Assembly: GCA_002730095.1 (NCBI GenBank)
Contig: PBZE01000042.1
Span: forward strand, 623-64,622
DNA length: 64,000 bases
Direction of reading: 5' to 3'
Origin: Methanobacteriota archaeon
GTDB taxonomy: Archaea > Thermoplasmatota > Poseidoniia > Poseidoniales > Thalassarchaeaceae
The translations under genes were made by a program, and so were the position numbers. Shown here piece by piece: positions 25,301 to 34,798 of the stretch. Position 1 is the first letter of the stretch; each line of letters opens with the position of its first letter. The notes below the pieces were generated by a model. That model did no database searches and was not told where the DNA came from. It was given only the letters and a program-made list of their open reading frames with translations.

Positions 25301-27183
25301 CGACTTTGGAAATCAGAAATTCCGTCGGTTGGGAAACTGTTTCCTCGTCCCCAGTTAGCCTAGTGGTGGGGCAAGGTTCGTCACAGATTTCGTTCGCGCG
25401 CATTGAAAATTCTACAGGCCCTATTAACCTCCGGATTAGTGTCTCGGGCTCGTCTCTATCGGATTTAGATTGGTCGAACAATGAGATTGAGTCTTCGATC
25501 TTGGTTGACGAAACCACTCTTACTGGCCCACGTACTGCTAGCTTTACTACAGGTGAAGTGCCAGTGGAATTGATTCAATTGGGCGATGAGGGAGGCGTTG
25601 TCATAACGAACAAAGATGATGATCTCAGACTCTACAGACTAGGTAGCAATAGGGCATTGACTGCATGCTCTAATGTCTTGGAGGAGAAATGGTCGGGGGA
25701 TATTGTAGCTGTATCATCAGATGATGGCTTAGCGCACGTTGCATGGACAAGGAGATACCTTGACAATTCTGGTTTCTTCCAACAGACAGTCAGCTATACC
25801 ACGATTGACTCAAGCTGCCTAATGACCCCAATTCAAGACATAATGGAACCGATCTTACTATCCGATGGGAAATACTGGGGCATTGGAATGGATATCGAAG
25901 GGCCTGAGATATTACTTGCTGGATATCACCATGAAATCAATACTGGCTCATCTAACGATAACATTGCGGTTTTTATGGCGATATCAGAATCTCCGACTAA
26001 GTCTGCTGACTGGATAATCAACCCCCAGGTAGTTGGCGGACTGGATGTAATACCGGGAGCCACGGACCCTGTTGCCGTAGCGATGGGCGAGGAAGATGGC
26101 CATATTTTGTATCAAGACACAAGAAATGACACGACCGGGGCGGACAGACTGGGCCTGTGGTATTCCCATGGCCTCCCCGGGCAGACTTCATGGTCCTATA
26201 GAAAGGCAGTTGGAGACTATGCGTTCTCTCCCTCAATATCGGTTTCTCAGATTTCTGACGAGGATATAATCGTCGCATCATGGGGAGAAGGTTATGATCA
26301 GGGCTCAGAATTGGTTACGACTATTGTTGATAGCTCTTTTACCCCAATAGGGGAAGGAGAGGTCAGGACTCCCGCTAGGGGCCTCGGTCATCTCAAACTA
26401 TTGGAAACAGATAGAGGGGTCCAGTTGTTCTTTGACTTCGTGGGTCCGAGTGGCCCTCAGATGCAGTACGGAATGGTAAATCCTGAGGAGGGGTGGATTG
26501 GTATATCAGACCGACTGGGACTTGGAAGAATAATAGTTTCAAGCAGATCGCCAATAGATAGCGACGCCGTAATTCTGCAGACATCGCCCACAGGATGGCA
26601 AATCAGGGCTCTTGTCGATGACTCTTCTCCTGTGTCCTCAGACGGAACTATCCTTGATCAGGTTAGGGCTTACACCGGACTTGATGAGCGAAATTTCAAT
26701 GTGATCTTGATCGGGGTTTCAGGCGTCACAATAGTACTGAGCCTGTTAGTAATCCTGACTATGGCCACTAGAGCGCTCCGGTGGGCTAGTGGAGGAAGTC
26801 GGAAAAGAGTCACAGGGACTGTAATTCTCGAAGAGGATGTAGTTGATGTTATTGAAGAGACTGATATTCCAATCAAATCTTCAGACGTGGAACTAGTTGA
26901 AGAAACCACAATATCGGAAACTCAAGCTTCAACAGAGAGGAGGAAGAGGAGGGAATACAGATCGATGTCAGGGTCATCACTTGGAAATATTCCCGAAATC
27001 GGGGATGGATCCGGCTATTCGCCCCCTATTCCAATGCATGTCCCTCCGTCCCCCCTACCTGCCCCTCCCAGCGGCATTAACAGGAGGGTGATGTGCAAAT
27101 CTTGTAATGCAATCTTTGAAGTTGAATCGGGATTAAGCAGATCAAAGTGTCCGGTTTGTGGAGAAAGGATTGAGCTAGTTTGA
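22357..27183 (+). CDS. Giant subtilisin-like (S8) serine protease, TM-anchored, with a cytosolic C-terminal zinc ribbon
   Basis: The likely start is ATG 22399, giving the signal peptide MARASTSLTPVLVSLMLLMLDVSIAVSG. The catalytic triad contexts are IADTGVD, HGTHVAG and SGTSMSTPAVAG. Downstream are CARDB-like beta domains and a propeller-like region. A TM helix (ILIGVSGVTIVLSLLVILTMA, nt ~26700-26765) is followed by a ~140-aa tail ending CKSCNAIFEVESGLSRSKCPVCG. Confidence 0.85.
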   Translation: MGLYSVGNWLSKRAMARASTSLTPVLVSLMLLMLDVSIAVSGNDWEIEDGTESGDSSDIGYADKIPALMCGSEECPEKDRSPYLPPNDVEWPVQEPGWWFNFWNDKDGNGMDDRLQWIISGERDSVSTSAIMGTDGRMTVAIFVCYSWHPGESDVARLKEVLSNHGWDEFETYFRTVDILDTIIVEHVPVSSLIDILMLEGVVLVEQQDVLVPYLNTATKGSKVRSSDIFSETMMDYGYDGSGVVIAIADTGVDNEHFSLDDFSDDNTDNEAEPDELPDPKWVAGCDSTSWNQQDCDDGADDPDDGDGHGTHVAGIALGTGGPDRENQGYAPGAYLVDIKVMTDAGASNSGYTVAGINWAVQNVDTDWGNNDSSRGIDILSMSFGSGSNPAGGEDPGDNGTSQDSLAVNAASEAGIVCVAAIGNDGYRRVTSVGAADSAITVGSIDDKASIERGDDSISSFSNSGPREDDGDDNEWDELKPDVVGPGSNIMSAQHAASSSSLPGSAKPLASDNYVQKSGTSMSTPAVAGFIAAMLQMDEDLTPQEVKDILRNNSETRGGSSAPEITERWNDQYGFGIIDGEMVMQAILGDNNGGGDGNDTTPPPTGTEEWVIIETPEEDSWLVEGETYSVRGHIDEDADTNGTIEEVNVSISYRYRPEEGPRQTAILVDWHVVQGTLNWSTPFSIPEFTEDEIDVEDIIIKVKARNEFNVWSEMEQSEHPVGLVEVSLGGPSGQSPVSGNTNIFGGWESVNGGEIQWRLGTDEWETAEQFGGSGSSSGDWSVSWDTRSVNDGFYRISVRVVSGDGIFSEEVRRTVEVDNDPPAPDLIFRSGITISEYGLPIAETYVNTFLEVSCEVRNDGDLDATEVTIYLKENGARKDEVVIPSIGSGDIVEIVLYWNPLSLGDRSLTVSLDPTNEIDEINEGDNEQTAEFPVLERPQGVDLSFREGAVRTEPPVPRPNEQFLITARVDNLGSSDARDIEATLEIRNSVGWETVSSSPVSLVVGQGSSQISFARIENSTGPINLRISVSGSSLSDLDWSNNEIESSILVDETTLTGPRTASFTTGEVPVELIQLGDEGGVVITNKDDDLRLYRLGSNRALTACSNVLEEKWSGDIVAVSSDDGLAHVAWTRRYLDNSGFFQQTVSYTTIDSSCLMTPIQDIMEPILLSDGKYWGIGMDIEGPEILLAGYHHEINTGSSNDNIAVFMAISESPTKSADWIINPQVVGGLDVIPGATDPVAVAMGEEDGHILYQDTRNDTTGADRLGLWYSHGLPGQTSWSYRKAVGDYAFSPSISVSQISDEDIIVASWGEGYDQGSELVTTIVDSSFTPIGEGEVRTPARGLGHLKLLETDRGVQLFFDFVGPSGPQMQYGMVNPEEGWIGISDRLGLGRIIVSSRSPIDSDAVILQTSPTGWQIRALVDDSSPVSSDGTILDQVRAYTGLDERNFNVILIGVSGVTIVLSLLVILTMATRALRWASGGSRKRVTGTVILEEDVVDVIEETDIPIKSSDVELVEETTISETQASTERRKRREYRSMSGSSLGNIPEIGDGSGYSPPIPMHVPPSPLPAPPSGINRRVMCKSCNAIFEVESGLSRSKCPVCGERIELV

Positions 27184-27184
27184 T

Positions 27185-27856
27185 ATGCTAAGGATCCTGC
27201 TATCTTCCAAGTCCGAGAGGCGTCTTGAATGGCTTGAACAAAACATTTCGAGTTTTGCTGTAGAGGTTGATTTCAGACCATTGTTGGCATCCGAGATCAA
27301 CGCCCCCCAAGGATTGGAAGTTCGCAATCAAGTTGAGGAGGTTTGTCGTCACAAAGCGATTAATGCTTGTATCGAGCAAGTGATTTCTGAGAGGGAGGGA
27401 GGAAAGAGTTTTGATTTGATTTTGGTATCTGATACAATGATAGAAGATCCGGATGATGACCGATTATCTATTGGAAAACCTGAAGATATCCTTGGTGCCG
27501 CTAGTATCTTGCTCAGACTTTCAGGTAGGAGGCATAGAGTGTGGTCATCTACATCCATACTATTGCCGCCATGGACTGCGCACGAGGGAGAAGCGATAGA
27601 GGGGGGCTGGAAGGCTCAAAGCTACACCAATTCAGCCACAGTGGAATTCTCGGAGTTGGATGACATATCGATTGACGAGCTTGTTCGGTCGGGATCTTGG
27701 AAAGGTAAGGCTGGCGGATATGATCTTGCGGGCATGGCTGGAAAATATTGCAATGTCATAGACGGGGAAGAGGTTACTGTCCTGGGAATATCCTCTGATG
27801 CGGTTGGAATGCTAAACCTTATTCTTTCAGATAAAGGTGACTTCTCCAAACTTTAG
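27185..27856 (+). CDS. maf: Maf-family nucleoside triphosphate pyrophosphatase
   Basis: The Maf pattern is present: LLSSKSERR (SxSPRR), LVSDTMI (DT), IGKP, LSGRRHRVWS (LSGxxHxV) and KAGGYDLAG (KAGAYGIQ). Confidence 0.65.
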   Translation: MLRILLSSKSERRLEWLEQNISSFAVEVDFRPLLASEINAPQGLEVRNQVEEVCRHKAINACIEQVISEREGGKSFDLILVSDTMIEDPDDDRLSIGKPEDILGAASILLRLSGRRHRVWSSTSILLPPWTAHEGEAIEGGWKAQSYTNSATVEFSELDDISIDELVRSGSWKGKAGGYDLAGMAGKYCNVIDGEEVTVLGISSDAVGMLNLILSDKGDFSKL

Positions 27857-28312
27857 TACGAATTCCTTCTGAATCTCGTCGAACCATTCTAGCATTTCTG
27901 AGGAAAATCTCACCCTTTCAACTTCAGCATCCATCAATAAATCATCTTGAATTCCTTTCAGAGTTCCCGGTGCTGCACCACACGAAACACAGGCTCCATC
28001 TAAGTCAATTACCAAAGATAGGAGCTTGGTCGGTGGTGTTTTTTCCAAAATTTCCCAGCTAGTCAATATTAGGCCCCCTCCATGTCCATCCAATGCAGCT
28101 CTCACTGTACCTAATCTGGACATCAGAGCAGGTATTGTATCTGGATTATTTGTCTCAATTAGTTCTATCAAAGAGAGTGCCCTGAGTCTCGCAAGTTCAT
28201 CCTTATCATGATTGGAATCAATTCTCTTTTGAGCTTCAATCCTCATCTGATCTTCAATCTGCGAACCATACAATTTGACAAGATCGTCACCTCCATGTTC
28301 GGGAGACTCCAT
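27827..28312 (-). CDS. NifU/Nfu-type Fe-S cluster scaffold domain protein
   Basis: The C-terminal half has DGHGGGLIL and LDGACVSCGAAPGTLKGIQ (Nfu CxxC motif). It is divergent from sufCBD. Confidence 0.65.
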   Translation of the reverse strand: MESPEHGGDDLVKLYGSQIEDQMRIEAQKRIDSNHDKDELARLRALSLIELIETNNPDTIPALMSRLGTVRAALDGHGGGLILTSWEILEKTPPTKLLSLVIDLDGACVSCGAAPGTLKGIQDDLLMDAEVERVRFSSEMLEWFDEIQKEFVLKFGEVTFI

Positions 28313-28385
28313 GTGGTTCCATTGGGGGCCCTCTTTAGAAATGTACTAATGGAAGTTCGATGGTCTGCCACACACATTCAAAAGG

Positions 28386-29198
28386 ATGGAAGTATGCCAT
28401 GATATGAGGAGTAGCATGTCTAAGGATGAAGAAGCCATTCTGGAAGTCAAGGGGCTGAAGGTCGGAATTGAGAGTACGTCGATTCTGAAAGGCATAGATT
28501 TGAGAATACCCCAAGGGGAAATCCATGCCATAATGGGAAGAAATGGAAGTGGAAAGACTACTACTGCGAATGTAATTATGGGGCATCCAGCTTATGAGAT
28601 CGAAGAGGGAGAGATCCTTCTAAATGGTGAGAGCCTCCTAGAAATGGAGCCTTGGGAAAGATCCAGAGCAGGAGTTTTCCTATCATTTCAATATCCGCAA
28701 TCAATCCCTGGCCTCCAAGTGGGAAACTTTCTGAGGAAATCTGTTTCAAGTGTCAGAGGCGAAGATGCCGCAAGGGGCTCTGGTTTCAGAGAGAGTCTAA
28801 GCGAGGCCATGGAAGAGCTGGATATTCCGAAATCATTTCTCTCTAGATATGTCAATGACGGATTTAGCGGTGGAGAGAAAAAGCGCTTTGAAATTCTTCA
28901 ACTAATGCTATTGCAACCCAAACTTGCTGTTTTAGATGAGACCGACAGTGGATTGGATATCGATGGAATTAGGACTGTCGCCAAAGGCATAAATTCGGTC
29001 GTAAGAGGTACAGAAAATGGGGCTTTGATTATCACTCATTATTCAAGAATTCTTGAGCATGTGAATCCCGATAGGGTCCATATTATGATCGGAGGAAAAA
29101 TTGTGGCGAGTGGTGGGCCCTCTCTAGCAAACCTGCTGGAAGATAACGGGTACGATTGGTTGGAAGATCAAATTGCTGAGGGGGTGGTTTTCGAATGA
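28386..29198 (+). CDS. sufC: Fe-S cluster assembly ATPase SufC
   Basis: It has Walker A (GRNGSGKTT), [14 protein letters not shown] and Walker B ([13 protein letters not shown]). The size and the position before sufB/sufD fit. The likely start is ATG ~28416 ([11 protein letters not shown]). Confidence 0.9.
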   Translation: MEVCHDMRSSMSKDEEAILEVKGLKVGIESTSILKGIDLRIPQGEIHAIMGRNGSGKTTTANVIMGHPAYEIEEGEILLNGESLLEMEPWERSRAGVFLSFQYPQSIPGLQVGNFLRKSVSSVRGEDAARGSGFRESLSEAMEELDIPKSFLSRYVNDGFSGGEKKRFEILQLMLLQPKLAVLDETDSGLDIDGIRTVAKGINSVVRGTENGALIITHYSRILEHVNPDRVHIMIGGKIVASGGPSLANLLEDNGYDWLEDQIAEGVVFE

Positions 29199-30607
29199 GT
29201 GAGGGGAATGACGCCAGAGACGCTGTAGGCGACTACAAGGCTGGATGGCATGATCCAGAGAATTCCACAATCAGGTTTGACTTTGGACTATCTGAAAAGG
29301 TAGTCAGGGACATCTCTGAGATAAAAAATGAGCCTGAGTGGATGACTGAGATTAGGGTGAAAGCATACAGGCACTTCGTAGATAGGCCAATGCCTACCTG
29401 GGGGAATACCGAGGAGCTTATGGAGATAGATTTCGACAAGGTGTGCTATTTCTTGAAGTCCTCAGAGGGAATAGGAAGCTCATGGGAGGATGTACCAGAC
29501 GATATCAGAAACACGTTTGATCGTCTTGGAATACCTGAAGCTGAGCAGAAATGGCTTTCTGGAGTTACTACTCAATACGAATCTGAGACGGTCTACCACA
29601 GTATTCGAGAAGACTTGGAAAAGCAAGGCGTGATTTTCTTAGACATGGATACGGGACTTAGGGAGCATGAGGATGTAGTCAAGAAGTACTTCGGCAGTGT
29701 CATCCCATACAGTGACAATAAGTTCTCGGCACTCAATACTGCGGTGTGGTCAGGGGGATCTTTCATCTATGTTCCCAAGGGAGTTCATGTCGAGATGCCT
29801 GTTCAGGCATATTTCAGAATCAATGCAAAGAATATGGGCCAATTTGAAAGGACTCTAATTATTGCAGATGAAGGCAGTAGTATTCACTATGTTGAGGGAT
29901 GCACTGCTCCAACATACTCAACTGACTCATTGCACTCAGCGGTGGTAGAGTTGCTAGCCCTACCTGGCGCCCACATAAGGTACACCACTGTGCAAAATTG
30001 GAGCAACAACGTATACAATTTGGTCACCAAAAGAGGAGTTGCGCATGAGAATGCAAAGATTGAATGGGTGGATGGGAATATTGGGAGTAAACTCACAATG
30101 AAATATCCTGCAGTTATTTTGAAGGGCGAAGGATCTCATGCGGAGGTCATCTCCGTTGCTTATGCTGGGAATGGACAACACCAAGATGCTGGTGCTAAAG
30201 TACATCACATGGCATCCAATACAACTAGCAATATTTTATCCAAAAGCATCAGCAAAGATGGCGGGAGAGGCTCATACAGAGGCATAGCCAAAGTAATGCC
30301 CAAAGCGGAAAACTGTAGAATGAATATTGTCTGTGACGCCCTAATTCTAGATGAAGAGAGTAGGACCGACACTTACCCGACGATGGAGATTGCAAACTCT
30401 ACTGCTCATTGCGAGCATGAGGCAAGTGTCTCAAAGGTTGGAGATGAGCAGTTATTCTATCTTATGAGCAGGGGGCATACTGAAGCAGAAGCCCTTGGCA
30501 TGATTGTCAACGGTTTCTTCGAGCCATTCACTAGGGAGCTTCCGATGGAATATGCAGTGGAGCTGAACAAGCTCATGTCTCTGGAAATGGAAGGAAGCAT
30601 AGGTTGA
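29195..30607 (+). CDS. sufB: Fe-S cluster assembly protein SufB
   Basis: The 470-aa protein carries typical SufB segments: [55 protein letters not shown]. Its start overlaps the sufC stop. Confidence 0.9.
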   Translation: MSEGNDARDAVGDYKAGWHDPENSTIRFDFGLSEKVVRDISEIKNEPEWMTEIRVKAYRHFVDRPMPTWGNTEELMEIDFDKVCYFLKSSEGIGSSWEDVPDDIRNTFDRLGIPEAEQKWLSGVTTQYESETVYHSIREDLEKQGVIFLDMDTGLREHEDVVKKYFGSVIPYSDNKFSALNTAVWSGGSFIYVPKGVHVEMPVQAYFRINAKNMGQFERTLIIADEGSSIHYVEGCTAPTYSTDSLHSAVVELLALPGAHIRYTTVQNWSNNVYNLVTKRGVAHENAKIEWVDGNIGSKLTMKYPAVILKGEGSHAEVISVAYAGNGQHQDAGAKVHHMASNTTSNILSKSISKDGGRGSYRGIAKVMPKAENCRMNIVCDALILDEESRTDTYPTMEIANSTAHCEHEASVSKVGDEQLFYLMSRGHTEAEALGMIVNGFFEPFTRELPMEYAVELNKLMSLEMEGSIG

Positions 30608-31722
30608 GTGTGGATATGGATCCTACTTCGGTATACTTGTCTTCCGAAATGCCCGATAGGGCAGATCATTTGTGGAGATATACTTCCTGGAAGAAGACTC
30701 ATCCTACTGGCGATGTCAGGGAGATACCTGATGACATTTCATCGCCGAAGGTTGTTTTGAGGACCATTGATGGAAGTCCAATACCCGAAGGAATAACCCT
30801 CCTGCATCAAAAAACTGATTCAGAAGGCCTTCCAGATGAGGAAACTATCACAAAGAGCTTTCTTGAGGCGGTTACAAAGAACTCAAAGTTCACTTTGTCG
30901 GTCAGTCCCAGATTCAGGTCATCAATACCAATTATTGTAGATATACAAGCCGAAGGTGATTACTGTGCAGCTCATCTATGCCTAGAAGTAGGAAAACTCT
31001 CTGAGTTCGAAATGGTGACTCTGATTAGGGGCGATTGTGACTGGTTTGGTCTAATGAGGACTGGTTCAACTGGGGAAGGTTCGATTTGTAATGATGTGTT
31101 GGTTAACAAGATGACAGGGGGGAGCCTGCTAAGGGTCGAGTCGGTTTCCATTCCCAGAAACTCTCAGTTCAAGTCGGGAACTGTGTCATCAGGATCTAAA
31201 TTAACCAAGGCCGATCTAAGGTATCGAATGTTTGGACCCGGGGGGAGCTTGAATGTTCTTGGTTCTATATTATCAGCTGGGAAGATGAGTCTGGATCATC
31301 ATATTGAGATTTACCATGACTCCCCAGAAACATTCAGTCGTCTAGACTGGAACTCTGCTTGTGGGGGAAGCAGCAAGACAGTTGGAACAGGGATGTTGCG
31401 GGTATCTAGGGGCTCAAATGGTGCCGATGCAGCGCAACTTTTCAGTAATCTGCTCTTATCTGGCGAAGCCCAAGCTGATTCAATTCCTGAATTGGAGGTC
31501 TCAGAGCATGATGTAGTAGGTTGTGGCCACGGAACTGCAAGTGGGCCGGTTGATGAAAATCAAATGTTCTATTTGGAATCCAGGGGGATGTCCCCTCGTG
31601 AATCCAGAAGTACACTAATCGCCGCTTTCCTGAATTCAACTCTCTCTGAAATGGGAGGGGATCTGATGCATGGTTGGCTGGTATCAGAGTTGGATGATGA
31701 TCTAAACGAGCTTTGGGATTAG
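30604..31722 (+). CDS. sufD: Fe-S cluster assembly protein SufD
   Basis: It is SufB-paralogous, with a beta-helix C-terminal region ([33 protein letters not shown]). It directly follows sufB with overlapping junctions. Confidence 0.75.
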   Translation: MSVDMDPTSVYLSSEMPDRADHLWRYTSWKKTHPTGDVREIPDDISSPKVVLRTIDGSPIPEGITLLHQKTDSEGLPDEETITKSFLEAVTKNSKFTLSVSPRFRSSIPIIVDIQAEGDYCAAHLCLEVGKLSEFEMVTLIRGDCDWFGLMRTGSTGEGSICNDVLVNKMTGGSLLRVESVSIPRNSQFKSGTVSSGSKLTKADLRYRMFGPGGSLNVLGSILSAGKMSLDHHIEIYHDSPETFSRLDWNSACGGSSKTVGTGMLRVSRGSNGADAAQLFSNLLLSGEAQADSIPELEVSEHDVVGCGHGTASGPVDENQMFYLESRGMSPRESRSTLIAAFLNSTLSEMGGDLMHGWLVSELDDDLNELWD

Positions 31723-32546
31723 GAAGAACGGTCTCTGTAAGTTGCGGCTAAAGCAGATATTACAAGTCCGCAAGACGCTCCGAATAAAATTCCCTGGTCC
31801 TGCAGTCCGTATCCTGCCAGATCTCTGAATGCCAGTGCCATTACAATTGTCACAGGAATTGAAAAGATACCGAATCTAGTAGCCCATAACCTAAGACTTG
31901 GTGCTTTTCCCATGGGTCTAAGGGTGACTGATGATGAGTTCTGAATTACCTGCCAATTTACTCTCTCTGCATCTATCTTCAATCTCTGAAGAATTGCATT
32001 CCTGATTCCTGGATCATAGTTAGAGTCGGATTCTTTGCCAATTATTCCTGTCCTGAGTTTTACTCTCCTGAGACTCTCCCTGCCATCAATCAACCGTTCA
32101 CATAAAGCGGCCGCACTAGATGGGTCAAGTCCCCTTAAATCGACCACTAATACCCCCCTACTCCTCTTGACCCTCTCATTCACATCCCAAATAGAGCCCC
32201 TCAATCTAACCCTTTCTTCTATGGGAGATAGGGTAGATCGCAGGAAGTCTGTCTCGGCCCTTCTTCTATCTTCTCTAAAATCTCCTTCCTCGGATATTTC
32301 ACTAATCCTGTAAAGAGCGAATGAAAGGATCAGCAAAAATGCCGTGGACCCAGTGACAATTCCAGCCCTCAATGAAAAAATGATATCTGGATTTTCGAGA
32401 CCGGTGGCAAAAATTGAGATGAAAATTGCCATGGTACCAACCATAGAGCCAGCTACGAATGAAATCGATATGGCGTCCTTGGCCGATATGTCCGTCACGC
32501 TATCCGTAAGAAGCAATCGTTCAAGAGTTAGAGGGTAGGGATACAT
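31719..32546 (-). CDS. Membrane protein, unknown function (two hydrophobic blocks flanking a soluble Arg-rich domain)
   Basis: It has 2-3 N-terminal TM helices, a ~110-aa charged domain (VLVVDLRGLDPSSAAALCERLIDG...VKLRTGIIGKES, faintly Smr-like) and 2 C-terminal TM helices. No confident family assignment is possible. Confidence 0.35.
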   Translation of the reverse strand: MYPYPLTLERLLLTDSVTDISAKDAISISFVAGSMVGTMAIFISIFATGLENPDIIFSLRAGIVTGSTAFLLILSFALYRISEISEEGDFREDRRRAETDFLRSTLSPIEERVRLRGSIWDVNERVKRSRGVLVVDLRGLDPSSAAALCERLIDGRESLRRVKLRTGIIGKESDSNYDPGIRNAILQRLKIDAERVNWQVIQNSSSVTLRPMGKAPSLRLWATRFGIFSIPVTIVMALAFRDLAGYGLQDQGILFGASCGLVISALAATYRDRSS

Positions 32547-32550
32547 TGAT

Positions 32551-33465
32551 TTGGCATGGATTATTGGGGATGTTATGTGTATTCTCTGTCAGCAAGAAGG
32601 TCTGATGGCAGGGTTAGTTGAAGACTCTCCACTTGCATTAGTTGCCGGCTCAGTTGTGGTCACTGTATGTGCCGTGAAAGTTAATGTCTCCAAGAATATC
32701 GGGAGTAAACCCCTGAAGAATGGTAGAAAAGACAGGAAATCGGAAATTAGAGTTTCTTCTGTCTTGGGACTCATATCCGGTTTCTTGCTTTTGATGTTCT
32801 TTGTATCCCCATTCATGCTGGAAGAAGGTAGTGTTCCTGAGCTATCTGGTAGAGCAAATGCTATTGATTACATGAACGAGGATAGCTGGGGAAATGATGA
32901 ACACTCTGAGAATGGAAAATTAGGGCATAATCAGTCTTCTCATGGAGGATCATTTTCCTGGTCTGAACTGAATCCAATGTTCGGCTTCGTCTATGCATTT
33001 GGAGATATTAATTGCCATCAGAAACATGATAGGTCATGGACAATAAATGAAAATCAAATGCCTGTTTGCACCAGGGATGTGGGGATATTCTTGGGATTCT
33101 TCATGGGATGCATCTTTTTCAGATTGAGGGGCTTGAATAGATGGACAGTTCGAGATTCTTTCCTTTCCGTGTTTGATGATGATTCCATAAAATCTGTTTA
33201 CATCGCAGATAGTCGGATGAGGCTGATGTTCCTGTTCTTGGCCTTGGGCATTATCCCCATGGCAATTGATGGGTTTACCCAACTTCTCACAGACTATGAG
33301 TCAACTAATGGAGTCAGGGTGATTACTGGATTCATGGCAGGATTCGTCCTTGGATGGTTCGTCTGCTCGGCATTGTCATCTAAGCCAGACTTATTTGATT
33401 CGCCGTCGTCTGTTGTGCTTCCTGCAGATTCTAGACTGGCACTAATCGATCAGCCGGATCTGTGA
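32551..33465 (+). CDS. DUF2085-like membrane protein
   Basis: The segment DINCHQKHDRSW...MPVCTRDVGIFLGFFMG matches my recollection of the DUF2085 core (CHQ..RS....P.C.R..GIY.G). It has multiple TM helices. The TTG start at 32551 is doubtful because it lies only 4 nt from the divergent gene. Confidence 0.45.
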   Translation: MAWIIGDVMCILCQQEGLMAGLVEDSPLALVAGSVVVTVCAVKVNVSKNIGSKPLKNGRKDRKSEIRVSSVLGLISGFLLLMFFVSPFMLEEGSVPELSGRANAIDYMNEDSWGNDEHSENGKLGHNQSSHGGSFSWSELNPMFGFVYAFGDINCHQKHDRSWTINENQMPVCTRDVGIFLGFFMGCIFFRLRGLNRWTVRDSFLSVFDDDSIKSVYIADSRMRLMFLFLALGIIPMAIDGFTQLLTDYESTNGVRVITGFMAGFVLGWFVCSALSSKPDLFDSPSSVVLPADSRLALIDQPDL

Positions 33466-34796
33466 GACCACCATTGAATGAGTTCATCTTCATTTGAAGG
33501 TGTCGGGAATAGGTCGCTACCAGAACCCAAAATTGTTATTCGTTCTATGGTCGAAATTAGTGCGGAAGTGTGTTTTCCTGATCTTACTATCTGGCCCATA
33601 GCGAATCTGATGTGCGTTCTGGGGTTTTTCTTACGCCACTTCGCCAAGGCCTCCTTCAAAGGCCATACAGCAATGGCTAATCGGCCAAAGGATCGGTATT
33701 CTTCCTTCATCTGAGAACGTGGTGCCTCCCTTCCAATTAGGGACTTATGCTGATGGATACATCCTAATTTTTCATTGAGATACCTCACAATTGTCTGAGT
33801 GTGTCTTTCTGAGACCGACCTAACTGGGCCCAGTGATTTCCTGAGTTCTCTAATGTCAGCTGATCTCATCAAAGAGAGAGTCCCGCAGATTGATGACATT
33901 GAATGTGACAATACGTTTTTTGGGACATCTATTCTTTCGTTTTCTCCCGTCTTCTCCAGTATTTTTGAATGGGTATTTTGAAAATTTTTGAGAATCGTCC
34001 AAGGAGCCTCCCCGCACAACCAATCTTCCTCCCTTATACTAGGCTTTACGCCAAGCCCTTCCAATGTGGATTGACCCCTAGATGACTTAATCAGTGACCT
34101 GATTAGATTCTTATCGACTTCTTCAGAACGGACATTGACTGGTTCGGGCCTTGAATGCATGAAATTTCTTATCAGAGACTTGAGCTTCATTTTGAAATCG
34201 TCCTCGGAGCTTTCATTCAATACGGGCCCTATTATTGCCCCCATATCGAAGGGGGTCGGCATGTCCATACTTCCAGAAAGTAATTCCCTGTAGCCCTCAC
34301 GAATTTCCCCCTGGAGTACGCTAGTCTCGAAGTATTCCTCCTTGTCTGAATGGGCCCTAAGGGTCCCACTCTTTATCCTGCTAAGCGCGACCTTTGGGTC
34401 GCAATCGACCCAGATACAGAGATCAGGCACTAGTGCGGCGGAGTTCATATGGGCCACTCTTTCTACTCCCAAGCCCCCGACAATGCCCTGGTAAACGAGA
34501 GAAGAGTGGATATTCCTTTCACTCACTACACCAATTCCTGACTCCAATCTAGGCAATATCCACCCATGTGAGTGATCGACCCTGTCTGCAGCGAAGAGTC
34601 CTGCTTCATTCTCCGGAGTGGTCGTTTTCCTTCTAACTGAGTCTATGGCCAACCTTCCAAGTGGGTGATCCCTCCTAGGCTCTCCAGTAACACTGACTGA
34701 TACGAATGGGAATTCCTTTCTCATTACTTCCGAAACTACCTTGGTGGCGAGTCCCTTTCCACTACCGTCGCCCCCCTCTATTGTGATCAGGTACAC
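33450..34796 (-). CDS. Thymidylate-kinase-like P-loop kinase with a ~230-aa C-terminal extension
   Basis: The N-terminal ~210 aa have Tmk features: ITIEGGDGSGKG (P-loop), TGEP, LFAADRVDH, SERNIHSSLVYQG and PDLCIWVDCDP. The rest has no motif I recognise. Confidence 0.6.
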   Translation of the reverse strand: MYLITIEGGDGSGKGLATKVVSEVMRKEFPFVSVSVTGEPRRDHPLGRLAIDSVRRKTTTPENEAGLFAADRVDHSHGWILPRLESGIGVVSERNIHSSLVYQGIVGGLGVERVAHMNSAALVPDLCIWVDCDPKVALSRIKSGTLRAHSDKEEYFETSVLQGEIREGYRELLSGSMDMPTPFDMGAIIGPVLNESSEDDFKMKLKSLIRNFMHSRPEPVNVRSEEVDKNLIRSLIKSSRGQSTLEGLGVKPSIREEDWLCGEAPWTILKNFQNTHSKILEKTGENERIDVPKNVLSHSMSSICGTLSLMRSADIRELRKSLGPVRSVSERHTQTIVRYLNEKLGCIHQHKSLIGREAPRSQMKEEYRSFGRLAIAVWPLKEALAKWRKKNPRTHIRFAMGQIVRSGKHTSALISTIERITILGSGSDLFPTPSNEDELIQWWSHRSG

Positions 34797-34798
34797 GA

